NCBI GenBank assembly: GCA_963775425.1
Contig: CAVZJB010000016.1
Coordinates: forward strand, 1-64,000
From: an uncultured delta proteobacterium
GTDB taxonomy: Bacteria > Myxococcota > UBA727 > VGSZ01
DNA: 64,000 nucleotides
Direction of reading: 5' to 3'
A program made the position numbers and the translations under genes. Numbering within the stretch: the stretch's first letter is position 1; the number at the start of each line of letters is the position of its first letter. Under the pieces are notes generated by a model. It saw only the letters and a program-made list of their open reading frames with translations. It ran no database searches and was not told the DNA's origin. Shown here in pieces: positions 8,359 to 18,332 of this stretch.

Positions 8359-11300
8359 ATGCGCCGCGTCGCCACCGTCGTCGTCGTCCTGCTCCTGTCG
8401 CGCTGCACGTGCGACGCGCCCCCTGCGGAGGGCGCGCACGACTGCCGCCAGGACGCCGCGCTGTGCGCGTCGGGCGAGACCTGCAACGCCGACACCGGCG
8501 CCTGCAATCCGCCCGTCCAGGGCGGCTGCGACGCCGGCGAGACCGCGTGCGGCGACGCCTGCTGCGCCACCGGGCAGGCGTGCCAGGACGGCGCCTGCGT
8601 CGCCCCCGCCTGCACCGCCGGCGAGACCGCCTGCGGCGCCGCGTGCTGCACCGACGGCGAGACCACCTGCGTCTCCGACACCTGCGTCGACGACGCGCTC
8701 CTCACGCCGTGCACCACGAGCGACGACTGCGAGGGCGACACCTTCTGCGACGGCTCGGGGAGGTGCGTGCCCTACGACCTGCCCGGCGGGCCGGGCAGCG
8801 ACGATCAGTGCACCGTGCTCGTGCCCCTCGGCGTCTTCAACCCCGCCATCCAGTGCGAGTGGCACCCGGACGACTCGCTCACGCCGTGCACCGTCGCCGG
8901 CGTCACCGTCGGAAACGGAAACTACCCGCACGGCCTGGTGTCGCCCGACTGCCCCGGGCGCGAGGTGTGCGTCGATCCCGACGTCACCGATCAGGACACG
9001 TCGCGGGTGTGCATCGATCCGCACCGCCAGGTGCTGGCGACGCCCATGGTGATCAAGTTCCACTTCCCGCCCGGATCGAAGGGCAACCCTGACGGCACCG
9101 CGGCGGAGCGGCCGTCGTTGGTGTTCCCCTCCTACGACCAACTCGACGGCGGCGCGCCGTCGGGGACGTCCAACGGCGTCGTGCGCGTCGTCGACGGGCA
9201 GACCTGCCGGACGCTGTACACCATCGACGGCGTCGACGACGCCACCGGCCTGCCGCGCTTCACCATGGGCAGCTCGCCGGTGGCGCTCGGCGACATCGAC
9301 GGCGCCGCCGACGGCCGCCCGGAGATCGTCGCGCACGCGCACGGCGGCGGCCTGTGGGCCTTCACCTACGACGAGGCGAGCGACTCGTTCCGCGCGCTCT
9401 GGCACTCCAGGAACGCCGACGGCTCGCTCAACTTCCACAACGGCGGCGCGCGGTCCGTGGACGCCTTCGGCTTCGAGAGCTTCAGCGTCATCCACTGGAG
9501 CGGGCCCGCGCTCGCGGATCTCGACGACGACGGCTCGCCCGAAGTGTTGATGTCCGGCGCGGTCTTCGGCGCGGACGGCACCGTGCTGTTCGACGCGGAC
9601 GCCGCCTTCGAGAGCGACATGCGCTTCGTGTCCACCGGACAGTTCCCCGTCGTCGCCGACGTCGACCTCGACGGCAGCCCCGAGCTCGTCACGGGCGATC
9701 GCGTCTTCGACTTCGACACCGTCGCTCACGCGTGGACGCCGTCGCCGGCGTTCACCCTCGACGCGGGCGGCTTCGACGGCCTCGTCGCCGTGGGAGACTT
9801 CGGGGCGTTCCCACGCAGGGACGGCTCACCGGACACGGGCTTCCCCGAGATCGTCGTCGTCAACAACAACGGCGACCCGGCGGTCAGCGGCGACGGCGGC
9901 GTGTTCGTCGAGACCAACGAGGGCGCCATCGTGTTCGGGCCGGTGCCGGTCCCGGGCGGCGGCGTCGGCGGGCCGCCCACCATCGGCGACTTCGACGGCG
10001 ACGGGCAGGCGGAGTTCGCCGAGGCCGGCGGCCGCGCCTACACGGTGTTCGACTTCGAGTGCCGCGCGCCCTCGCCGCCGCAGGCCTGCGACGAGGCCAC
10101 GCCGTGCGCCGCGGGGCTCACGTGTCCGGCGCCGGGCCGCTGCTCGCTGTCGTCGACCCCGTGCACGGACACCGCGGCGGCGAGCGACTGCCCGGCGGGC
10201 GAGACGTGCATCGCGCTGTCGTCGTCGCGGGTGTGCGTGCCTGAGGGTTGCCAGGGCGACGGCTTCCGCTGGTCGCAGGTGTCACAGGACCTGTCCTCGA
10301 ACCGCACGGGCTCGTCCATCTTCGACTTCGAGGGCGACGGCGAGGTGGAGGCCGTCTACGCCGACGAGTGCTACACGCGCATCTACCGCGGGCGCGACGG
10401 CGTGGTGCTCTTCTCGCAGTTCCACTCGAGCTGCACCTGGTACGAAAACCCGATCATCGCCGATGTCGACGGCGACCTGCGCTCGGAGATCGTCGTCGCG
10501 AGCAACGAGAACTGCGCGTCGGCCAACACGTGCTTCCAAAACGCCTTCGTCGCCGACCCGGGCGCGGACGGCGTGCCGGAGACCGCCGACGACGTGCGCG
10601 TGGATCCCATCTTCCCCGGCTTGCGCTGCGACAGCGGGGCCGACTGCGCGAGCGGCACCTGCGTCGACGAGCTGTGCCGCTGCGAGGACGACGCCGGCTG
10701 CGGGGGCGGCGACTTCGTCTGTGCGCCCACGTTGGCGGGGTCCACGAGCGTGACGGATCAGCGCGTGTGCCGCGCCGTCTATCGGCTCGAGGACCAGGAC
10801 GGCCGCCCCGGCATCAGCGGCGTGCGTGTCTACAAGGACGTGCTCGATCGGTGGGTGGGCAGCCGGCCCATCTGGAACGAGCACACCTACTCCATCACCA
10901 ACGTTGACGACGACGGCCACATCCCACGCACCCGCGACGTGCAGAACAACTGGCAGGTCGCCGGCCTCGACAACTACCGGCAAAACGTCCAGGGCGACCT
11001 CGACCCGGCCGCGTTCCCCGATCTCACCGGGGGCGACCAGGGCGCGGGCATCTGCACGAGCAACGACGACGGGAGCCTCTCGCTCCCGCTCGCGCTGCGC
11101 GTGTGCAACCGCGGCACCGCCGACGTCGGCGCCGGCGTGCCGGTGGCCGTCTACGCGGGTGACGACGTCAATCCCGCGGCGCTCGCGTGTACCGTGGTGA
11201 CGACGGAGCAGCTCGCGCCGGGCGCGTGCGAGGCGCTCACCTGCGACGTCACGCCCGGACCCGTCGGCCCACCCGTCGACTTCCTCGTCAGCGTCGACGA

Positions 11301-11388
11301 CGACGGCACCGGCGCCGGCGACCGCGCCGAGTGCCACGAGGACAACAACCACGCCGTCATCCGCGGCAGTTGCGTCCCCGCCGGCTGA
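8359..11388 (+). CDS. Large exported FG-GAP/VCBS-repeat protein with Cys-rich repeats and CARDB-like C-terminus
   Basis: Repeated D-x-D-x-DG-x-x-E motifs (DIDGAADGRPE, DLDDDGSPE, DFDGDGQAE, DFEGDGEVE), CxAGETACG repeats, IWNEHTYSITN, ECHEDNN. Confidence 0.85.
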   Translation: MRRVATVVVVLLLSRCTCDAPPAEGAHDCRQDAALCASGETCNADTGACNPPVQGGCDAGETACGDACCATGQACQDGACVAPACTAGETACGAACCTDGETTCVSDTCVDDALLTPCTTSDDCEGDTFCDGSGRCVPYDLPGGPGSDDQCTVLVPLGVFNPAIQCEWHPDDSLTPCTVAGVTVGNGNYPHGLVSPDCPGREVCVDPDVTDQDTSRVCIDPHRQVLATPMVIKFHFPPGSKGNPDGTAAERPSLVFPSYDQLDGGAPSGTSNGVVRVVDGQTCRTLYTIDGVDDATGLPRFTMGSSPVALGDIDGAADGRPEIVAHAHGGGLWAFTYDEASDSFRALWHSRNADGSLNFHNGGARSVDAFGFESFSVIHWSGPALADLDDDGSPEVLMSGAVFGADGTVLFDADAAFESDMRFVSTGQFPVVADVDLDGSPELVTGDRVFDFDTVAHAWTPSPAFTLDAGGFDGLVAVGDFGAFPRRDGSPDTGFPEIVVVNNNGDPAVSGDGGVFVETNEGAIVFGPVPVPGGGVGGPPTIGDFDGDGQAEFAEAGGRAYTVFDFECRAPSPPQACDEATPCAAGLTCPAPGRCSLSSTPCTDTAAASDCPAGETCIALSSSRVCVPEGCQGDGFRWSQVSQDLSSNRTGSSIFDFEGDGEVEAVYADECYTRIYRGRDGVVLFSQFHSSCTWYENPIIADVDGDLRSEIVVASNENCASANTCFQNAFVADPGADGVPETADDVRVDPIFPGLRCDSGADCASGTCVDELCRCEDDAGCGGGDFVCAPTLAGSTSVTDQRVCRAVYRLEDQDGRPGISGVRVYKDVLDRWVGSRPIWNEHTYSITNVDDDGHIPRTRDVQNNWQVAGLDNYRQNVQGDLDPAAFPDLTGGDQGAGICTSNDDGSLSLPLALRVCNRGTADVGAGVPVAVYAGDDVNPAALACTVVTTEQLAPGACEALTCDVTPGPVGPPVDFLVSVDDDGTGAGDRAECHEDNNHAVIRGSCVPAG

Positions 11389-11395
11389 GCGCGCC

Positions 11396-11917
11396 TCACG
11401 CGGGGTGCGGCTTCGGCTCCGGCGGCGCCGCCGGTCGCACGGCGCGCTCGGTGATGCCGAGCATCAGGCCGAGCGGCAGCCCGAAGAAGAGCGCGTGCTT
11501 GATCAGCGCCTGGAGCTGGGGGACGTCGAGGAACCACGGGTACGCGATGCGGGCGATGACCTGGAAGTCCACGGCGTACAGGAGGGCGCCGTAGGCGAGG
11601 CCGAGCGCGGCCTGCGCGCCGAGGCGGCCGATGCTCCCGCGGAACAGTCCGGCGACGAGCACCGCGAAGATGAGGCCGAACAGCGCGGACAGCGCGAGGT
11701 GGGTGACGACGCCGACGGCGAGGATGGCGACGGTGTCCGCGGTGAGCGCGCCCTGGCCCGTGACCACGCTCGCGAACATGCGCAGCGGCACCACGGGGGA
11801 CACGCCCATCGAGGCGGAGATGACCATCTCGGCGGCGCCGAAGATCACGCCTGCGGCGACGCCGTAGCCGAGGCCTTCGCCGAGGACGCGGGCGGTGGAG
11901 ATCGCTTTCGGTTGCAT
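11396..11917 (-). CDS. Hypothetical 4-TM membrane protein
   Basis: Hydrophobic helices with His residues (VTHLALS, KHALFFG). Confidence 0.7.
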   Translation of the reverse strand: MQPKAISTARVLGEGLGYGVAAGVIFGAAEMVISASMGVSPVVPLRMFASVVTGQGALTADTVAILAVGVVTHLALSALFGLIFAVLVAGLFRGSIGRLGAQAALGLAYGALLYAVDFQVIARIAYPWFLDVPQLQALIKHALFFGLPLGLMLGITERAVRPAAPPEPKPHPA

Positions 11918-12075
11918 CTCGGACTCCCAAACCCCTTGCCAAGAACCTACCGACGCCGCCGCGTCTCCCCCTTGTGCGATCTCGACCGGCGCCGCGGCGC
12001 TCGTTCGTTCGGCTGCTTCGCGATCCGCGAGCGCGCCGGGCGGCAGCAAGGGAGCGCGGGCTATGCTCGCCGCCC

Positions 12076-12729
12076 GTGCCGACCCCACCGGACCGCCCGC
12101 GCCTTCGCGGCGTGCTGCATCAGGTCACCGCGCCGCTCGCGCTGGCGGCGGGCGCCGCGCTCGTCGCACTGGCTCCGTCGCTGCGGGCCGCGCTCGCCTG
12201 CGCCGTGCTCGCCGTGAGCCACGTCGCGCAGCTCACCGTGAGCGCGCTGTACCACCGCGTCACCTGGCGGCCATCGATGCGCGCGTGGATGCGCCGCGCG
12301 GACCACGCGATGATCTTCGTGCTCATCGCCGGGAGCGCCACCCCCTTCGCCGTCCTCTCGATGCCCGCGGACCTGGGCGCCATGCTGTTGTGGCTGTTCT
12401 GGGGCGGCGCCGCCGCCGGCGTCGGTGTGACGCTCTTGTGGCCCAAGCGGCCCAAGTGGGTGATGGCGGCGCTGTGCGTGGCGCTCGGCTGGGCGGGCGC
12501 CCCCCTCTGGCTCAACCCGCGCGGGGGCCTCGACGTGACCACGGTGACGCTGCTGGCGACGAGCGGCGTGCTGTACAGCCTCGGCGCCGTGTTCTACGCG
12601 CTCCGCCGGCCGAAGCTCGCGCCGGCGCTGTTCGGGTACCACGAGCTGTTCCACGCGTTGACGGTCGCCGCCGCCGCCGTGGTCTTCGTCGCGGCGGCGC
12701 GCGTGGCGCACGCGCCGCCGGTTCCGTAG
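12076..12729 (+). CDS. Hemolysin III / PAQR (TrhA-like) membrane protein
   Basis: SALYH, RRADHAMIF..IAGS.TP, FGYHELFH motifs; start codon uncertain. Confidence 0.9.
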   Translation: MPTPPDRPRLRGVLHQVTAPLALAAGAALVALAPSLRAALACAVLAVSHVAQLTVSALYHRVTWRPSMRAWMRRADHAMIFVLIAGSATPFAVLSMPADLGAMLLWLFWGGAAAGVGVTLLWPKRPKWVMAALCVALGWAGAPLWLNPRGGLDVTTVTLLATSGVLYSLGAVFYALRRPKLAPALFGYHELFHALTVAAAAVVFVAAARVAHAPPVP

Positions 12730-12769
12730 ACGCAGGCGGCCGGCTAGGGTCGCGGCCGCGGAGGCAACC

Positions 12770-13237
12770 GTGGTGAAAAGGAAGTCCTCGTCGACCGACG
12801 CCCTCTTGCAGGAGCTTCGCGCCTTCGGGCTCGCGTACCCGGGCGCGCACCTGAAGAGCCCGTGGCCGGGACACATGGACCTCGCCGTCAACGACAAGAC
12901 GTTCGCGTACCTCTCCATCGAGGGCGAGCCGTTGTCCATCAGTTGCAAGCTGCCCGTGTCCCACGAAAAGGCGATGATGCTGCCGGGGGCGGTGCCGACG
13001 GCGTACGGGCTCGGCAAGAGCGGTTGGGTCACCGCCTCGTTCCCGGATGGTGCGCCGCCCGTCGGACTCCTGCGCGACTGGATCGACGAGAGCTACCGCG
13101 CGCAGGCGCCCAAGCGGCTCCTGAAGTCGCTCGACGGCGCCGCGCCCGCGCCGGCAAAGGCGGCCCCCGCGAAGAAGGCCGCAAAGAAGGCCGCGAGGAA
13201 AGCCGAGAACAGCTCGTCTCGTCGCGGACGACGCTGA
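12770..13237 (+). CDS. MmcQ/YjbR family protein
   Basis: KSPW, VNDKTF, YGLGKSGWV, WIDESYR motifs; Lys/Ala-rich tail. Confidence 0.85.
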   Translation: MVKRKSSSTDALLQELRAFGLAYPGAHLKSPWPGHMDLAVNDKTFAYLSIEGEPLSISCKLPVSHEKAMMLPGAVPTAYGLGKSGWVTASFPDGAPPVGLLRDWIDESYRAQAPKRLLKSLDGAAPAPAKAAPAKKAAKKAARKAENSSSRRGRR

Positions 13238-13280
13238 GACGCTCCGGCGCGCCCCACGTCGAGCGCGCTACGATCGGGAC

Positions 13281-14543
13281 ATGGATCCCCGCGACTCCGC
13301 GGACACGGCGATCACCATCGCCCAGGACGTCTCCGAGCTCGACGACGGGCAGGGCAAGCCGCTCGACCTCGAGCGCACGTCCGTCGTCGACGAGCTCCTC
13401 GAGCCGGCCACGGGGCGCCCGCCCGCCAGGCGCTATCGCGTCGACAAGGAGATCGCGACCGGAGGCATGGGCCGCGTGGTGCTCGCCCACGACGGGGATC
13501 TGTCACGCCCGGTGGCGGTGAAGCTCAACCGGAGCAAGTCCGCGCACGCGCGCCGCCGCTTCGTCGAGGAGGTGCAGCTCGCCGGGCAGCTCCAACACCC
13601 GAACATCGTGCCCATCCACGACGTGGGCGTCGGTGAGGACGGCACGAGCTGGTACACCATGCGCTACGTCGAGGGCTCCACCCTCGCCGACATCATCACG
13701 CGCCTGCGCAGGGGCGACCGTGTGGCCCACGCGCTGTACTCGCCCGCGCGGCGCATGAGCCTCTTCTTCAACATCCTCGACGCCGTCGGCTACGCGCACG
13801 GGCGAGGCATCATCCACAGAGACCTCAAGCCCGGGAACATCCTTGTCGGCACCTACGGCGAGGTCTTCGTCACCGACTGGGGGATCGCCAAGCGCCGCGG
13901 CGCGCCCGCCGACCTCGACGCGCCTCCCGCCGACGACGACACCCGGGAGATCGCCGCTGGCGGCGGCGGGAAGGGCGCCGGCGGCAGCGCGGGCTCCGAC
14001 TCGGGCGGCGCGCTCACCAGCGACGGCGACGTCATCGGGACGCCGGCGTACATGGCGCCGGAGCAAGCGCGCGGTGAGCACGCGGCCGTCGACGAGCGCT
14101 CCGACGTCTACGCGCTGTCGGCCATCCTCTTCGAGCTCCTGTCCCTCAACCACTACCTGCGCTTGAAGGCCTCGGCGACGCGCGAGGAAGTGTTGCGCGA
14201 GGTGCGCGAGCAGGTGCCGTGGCTCGCGAGCACCGCGCGGCACCCCGCACAGGCGTTGGGCGTCCCCGTCGACGTCGCCCGCGTGCTCGCGCGGGGGCTG
14301 GCCAAGGACCCCGCGCTGCGCTTCCAGAGCGTCGCCGAGCTCCGCGCCGCGCTCCTCCGCATCGAGGAGGGCAAGCCCAAGGTCCAGTGCCCCTCCACCG
14401 CGGCGCTGTGGGGCCTCGGCGCGCTCAAGCGCGCGATGAGCCGCAGGCCGGTGCTCGGCTGGTTCCTCGTCGCCGGCTTCTTCGTCTGCGCCTTCTACGG
14501 CGCCGGGAGCCTCGTCGTGCAACTGCTCCACGCGGCGGGCTGA
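13281..14543 (+). CDS. Ser/Thr protein kinase with C-terminal TM
   Basis: GGMGRV, VAVK, HRDLKPGN, DWGIAK, GTPAYMAPEQ motifs. Confidence 0.95.
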   Translation: MDPRDSADTAITIAQDVSELDDGQGKPLDLERTSVVDELLEPATGRPPARRYRVDKEIATGGMGRVVLAHDGDLSRPVAVKLNRSKSAHARRRFVEEVQLAGQLQHPNIVPIHDVGVGEDGTSWYTMRYVEGSTLADIITRLRRGDRVAHALYSPARRMSLFFNILDAVGYAHGRGIIHRDLKPGNILVGTYGEVFVTDWGIAKRRGAPADLDAPPADDDTREIAAGGGGKGAGGSAGSDSGGALTSDGDVIGTPAYMAPEQARGEHAAVDERSDVYALSAILFELLSLNHYLRLKASATREEVLREVREQVPWLASTARHPAQALGVPVDVARVLARGLAKDPALRFQSVAELRAALLRIEEGKPKVQCPSTAALWGLGALKRAMSRRPVLGWFLVAGFFVCAFYGAGSLVVQLLHAAG

Positions 14544-14548
14544 ATCAA

Positions 14549-14732
14549 GCGCGCGGCCGCTCCCTCCGGTCGCTGCTCAAGCGCGGCCGCTCCCGGTCGC
14601 TGCTCAAGCGCGGCCGCTCCCTCCGGTCGCTGCTCGAGCGCGGCCGCTCCCTCCGGTCGCTGCTCAAGCGCGGCCGCTCCCTCCGGTCGCTGGTCGAGCG
14701 CGGCCGCTCCCTCCGCGCTCCCGGTCGCTGAT
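14549..14732. repeat. Tandem array of about six 30-bp REP-like units
   Basis: Unit GCGCGGCCGCTCCCTCCGGTCGCTGCTC(A/G)A; one unit is 27 bp, the last is rearranged; no spacers. Confidence 0.92.
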
Positions 14733-14826
14733 CCGCCCGGCAGAGATCGCCGGGTCGCCCCGCACGTTGAGTCCGGGAGCCGCGTCGTGCCACGGTCCGC
14801 CGACCCGCTTTCCCCTTGGAGCTCCC

Positions 14827-16158
14827 ATGCGCTCTCTGCTCTTCGTCCTCGCTCTCTGTCTCGCCGGCGGCCAGGCCAAGGCCTTCTGCGGTTTCTTCGT
14901 CGCCAAGGCGGACGCCAAGCTGTTCAACAAGGCGTCGCAGGTGGTCATCGTGCGTGACGAGGACAAGACCGTCCTCACCATGGCCAACGACTACCAGGGC
15001 AAGGTCAAGGACTTCGCCATGGTCATCCCGGTGCCCACCAAGATCGAAAAGGAACAGATCCACATCGGCGACATGGCCATGGTCGACCACGTCGACGCCT
15101 ACACCGTGCCGCGGCTCGTCGAGTACTACGACCCGAGCCCGTGCCCGCAGCCGATGCGCGAGTACGCGCCCGCGCCGGCTGGGTCGGTGGGGATGGCGGT
15201 GGAGGAGGACGAGGCGCCGATGAGGAAGAGCGCGAAGTCCCTCGGCGTGAAGATCGAGGCCAGTTACACCGTCGGCGAGTACGACATCCTGATCCTCTCC
15301 GCCAAGCAGTCCTCGGGGCTGGTCCAGTGGCTGACGCAGGAGGGCTACAAGATCCCCGCCGGCGCCGAGCCCGTCGTCGACAGCTACCTCAAACAGAAGA
15401 TGCATTGGTTCGTCGCCAAGGTGAACCTGAAGGAGCACGACAAGCTCGGCGGCGGGAAGCTTCGGCCCATCCAGGTGGCGTACCAGTCGCCCAAGTTCAT
15501 GCTGCCCATCCGCCTCGGCACCGTGAACGCCCAGGGGACCCAGGACCTCATCGCGTACGTGTTCACCAAGCACGGCCGCGTCGAGGTCACCAACTACCGC
15601 ACGGTGAAGCTCCCCACCGGCGAGAACGTCCCCGCGTACACCAAGGACGTCTTCGGCGACTTCTACAAGGCGCTGTTCTCCCGCGTCGTCGACAAGAACC
15701 GGATGAACGCGGTGGTCACCGAGTACGCGTGGAACCTCGCCCTCAACTGCGACCCGTGCAGCGCCGACCCCATCATCCCCGAGCTGCGCGGGCTCGGCGT
15801 GTGGTGGATCGGCAACGTCGACGACTACCACGCGTACAGCGGCGTCGTCGGCTTCGTCACCCGCTTGCACGTGCGCTACGACCGCCAGCACTTCCCCGAG
15901 GACCTCGTGTTCCAGGAGACGCGCGACAACCAGAACTTCCAGGGCCGCTACGTCATCCAGCACCCGTTCACGGGGCCGATGGAGTGCAAGGAGGCCGGTC
16001 CCTACAAAGTCGCCGTGTGGAAGCGGCAGCGGAAGGAGGCGGACACCCTCGCCGACCTCACGGGCTGGAAGGTCGGCGACATCCGCCACCGCATGGGCCT
16101 CGCGGACAACCCCCCGAAGACCGGCGGCGGCTCCTGGTACGAGAAGCTCTGGAAGTGA
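14827..16158 (+). CDS. DUF2330 domain exported protein (paralogue 1)
   Basis: Signal peptide ending AKA|FCGFFVAK; LTMANDY, VGEYDI.ILSA, FMLPIRLG, CDPC, TRLHVRY, NFQGRY. Confidence 0.88.
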   Translation: MRSLLFVLALCLAGGQAKAFCGFFVAKADAKLFNKASQVVIVRDEDKTVLTMANDYQGKVKDFAMVIPVPTKIEKEQIHIGDMAMVDHVDAYTVPRLVEYYDPSPCPQPMREYAPAPAGSVGMAVEEDEAPMRKSAKSLGVKIEASYTVGEYDILILSAKQSSGLVQWLTQEGYKIPAGAEPVVDSYLKQKMHWFVAKVNLKEHDKLGGGKLRPIQVAYQSPKFMLPIRLGTVNAQGTQDLIAYVFTKHGRVEVTNYRTVKLPTGENVPAYTKDVFGDFYKALFSRVVDKNRMNAVVTEYAWNLALNCDPCSADPIIPELRGLGVWWIGNVDDYHAYSGVVGFVTRLHVRYDRQHFPEDLVFQETRDNQNFQGRYVIQHPFTGPMECKEAGPYKVAVWKRQRKEADTLADLTGWKVGDIRHRMGLADNPPKTGGGSWYEKLWK

Positions 16159-16304
16159 GCGCGCGCGAGGGCGTCATGTAGGGGCATCGCGCCCTCCGCA
16201 TGACGTCCTCCTACGTTGGCCCTCCTGCAACCGGAGGATGGCCCGCAACGGCTCGTGGTCTGGTGCGATACCGGTGCCGCACGCTTTGACTCTTGGAGGC
16301 ATCG

Positions 16305-18299
16305 ATGGCGGATCTCAACGTAGCGAACAGGCGGACGCAGACGACCCCGACCCCGGGCGAGCAGACCAAGATCGACCAGGCCAAGACCGGCGAGGTCGAC
16401 GCGGGGAAGACCCCGGAGACGCCCGAAACCGTCGCGACGCCCGTTCCCGCCGAGCCGAAGCCGCAGGCGGCCCCCGAGGCCGTGACGGCCGCGCGCCGCC
16501 ACGCGCAGGCGGCGGAGCGCGCCCGGCAGGCGGCGATCCTGACGCGGCTGCCGGTCGAGAAGGCGCAGCAGGTGGTGGGCGCGTGGGATCCGAAGGTCGC
16601 GCAGCAGACCATCGACGACCTCAACGGCCGCCAGAGCCTCCTCGAGGGCGAAAAGAAGGAGCTCGGCGACACGATGAAGGAGCTCGGCGGCGAGATCAAG
16701 ACGCTCGAGGGCAAGAGCGGCCGCACCGCGGCCGAGGACGTGGTCCTCGAGAGCAAGAAGGTCCAACTGCAGTCCGACCAGCAGCTCGACAAGGTGCTCG
16801 ACGGCCGCATCGACCAGATGAAGCGCGCGAAGGGCGCGCTCAAGTTCGACAACTTCGGCAACGAGACCGCCAAAAACGAGCTGTCGTCGCAGGAGGCGTC
16901 GGCGTTGCAGCAGCAGGGCGCCATCCTCGACCGTGAGACCTCCGTCGTGAGCCAGCTCGGGCGCACCGCGGATCAGGACGCGGTGCGCGCGGCGGCGCTG
17001 GCGTCCGCGAAGCCGACGCCGTCGACGGATCCTGCGAAGGAGGCCCCCAAGACGCCGGAGACCACCAAGCCCACGGCGCCGCCGACGGAGACGCCCGCGG
17101 CGGAGCAGCGCATCCTGAAGCGCGGCGACCGCGGCGACGACGTCAAGGACCTCCAGCACCAGCTCAACGAAAACGGCGCCCACATCGAGGAGGACGGCAA
17201 GTTCGGTCCGCTCACGCTCGGGGCGCTCAGCGCCTACCAGCGCGCCCACGGCATGCGACCGGACGGCTCCGTCGGGCCTCGCGTGCGCGCGGCCTTCAAG
17301 CAGGACGCGGCGAAGCGCGCGCCGACGACGACCGCGCCGACGACGACCGCGCCGACGACGACCGCGCCGACGACGACCGCGCCGACGACGACGGCGCCGA
17401 CCACGGGGAAGCTGACGCCGCGCAAGGGCCTGACCAAGGCGCCCGTGGACACCAAGCCCGTCGAGGCCCCGAAGCTGTCGGATCAGCACGTGAGCGACGC
17501 CGTCGCCGCTGTCGCCGCCGGCGTCGGCCCGACCAAGGGCACGGTGCAAAACGCGAAGCAGATCTTCGACGCGGTCGGGGACCTCGCGCCGACGCAGCTC
17601 CAGCAGGTGAAGGACGCGTACAACAAGAAGTACGGCGCCGACGGGTGGAGCTTCGACAAGAACGTCACGGGCGCGATGTACCCGTGGAACCAGCGCGCGA
17701 TGCAGGCGCTCGAGAAGGGCGACCAGAAGAGCTTCCAGGCGCTGCGCGACGCCGGAGCGGCCGCCGACAAGCAGGTGCGCGCGGACACCGACGCGCTCCA
17801 CACGGCGATGGCCGGCGCGGGCACCGACGAAAACGCCATCTTCTCGGCGCTGAAGAAGAACGCCGACAACCCCGAGATGCGCGCCGCGATCGAGAAGGAC
17901 TACAAGGCCAACTACGGCGGCGACCTGCGCGCCGACCTCAAGAGCGAGCTCGGCAGCGTCGACTTCCTCGAGGGGAGAAACGGCCCCGACGACGTCACCC
18001 GCGCCAACGCGCTCCTCGACGGCAACCGCGAGCTGGGCAGCGCGGCGCTCCTGCACAGCCTGCTCGCCGACGGCAGCCGCAACACCGCGGTGGCGCAGCA
18101 GGTGATGACCAAGGAGATCCCCGCGGACAAGCGCGCCGCCGTGGCCGAGGCGTTCCGCAAGCAGTACGGCGTGTCCGTCGAGGACATGGTCCAGGCGCAG
18201 CCAGTCGGCACCGACGTCAAGGCGCAGCTCCTGCGCGCGGCCAAGGACATGCTGAGCACGCCCGCGCCCGCTCCGAAGCCCACCACGATGATCGCGTAG
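16305..18299 (+). CDS. Peptidoglycan-binding + annexin-like repeat protein
   Basis: GGAGG RBS; LKRGDRGDDVKDLQ..DGKFGPLT..YQ..DGSVGP (PG_binding_1); ALHTAMAGAGTDENAIF...YGGDLRADLKSEL (annexin-like). Confidence 0.8.
   Translation: MADLNVANRRTQTTPTPGEQTKIDQAKTGEVDAGKTPETPETVATPVPAEPKPQAAPEAVTAARRHAQAAERARQAAILTRLPVEKAQQVVGAWDPKVAQQTIDDLNGRQSLLEGEKKELGDTMKELGGEIKTLEGKSGRTAAEDVVLESKKVQLQSDQQLDKVLDGRIDQMKRAKGALKFDNFGNETAKNELSSQEASALQQQGAILDRETSVVSQLGRTADQDAVRAAALASAKPTPSTDPAKEAPKTPETTKPTAPPTETPAAEQRILKRGDRGDDVKDLQHQLNENGAHIEEDGKFGPLTLGALSAYQRAHGMRPDGSVGPRVRAAFKQDAAKRAPTTTAPTTTAPTTTAPTTTAPTTTAPTTGKLTPRKGLTKAPVDTKPVEAPKLSDQHVSDAVAAVAAGVGPTKGTVQNAKQIFDAVGDLAPTQLQQVKDAYNKKYGADGWSFDKNVTGAMYPWNQRAMQALEKGDQKSFQALRDAGAAADKQVRADTDALHTAMAGAGTDENAIFSALKKNADNPEMRAAIEKDYKANYGGDLRADLKSELGSVDFLEGRNGPDDVTRANALLDGNRELGSAALLHSLLADGSRNTAVAQQVMTKEIPADKRAAVAEAFRKQYGVSVEDMVQAQPVGTDVKAQLLRAAKDMLSTPAPAPKPTTMIA
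17319..17405 (+). repeat. Coding 15-bp tandem repeat (APTTT)
   Basis: GCGCCGACGACGACC x5-6. Confidence 0.9.
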
Positions 18300-18332
18300 C
18301 CGCCTCCGGCTGCGATCGTCGGTCCGGCGACC

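Noticed and set aside
14549-14732. CRISPR array
   Set aside because: The 30-bp units are contiguous with no unique spacers and there are no cas genes in the window.
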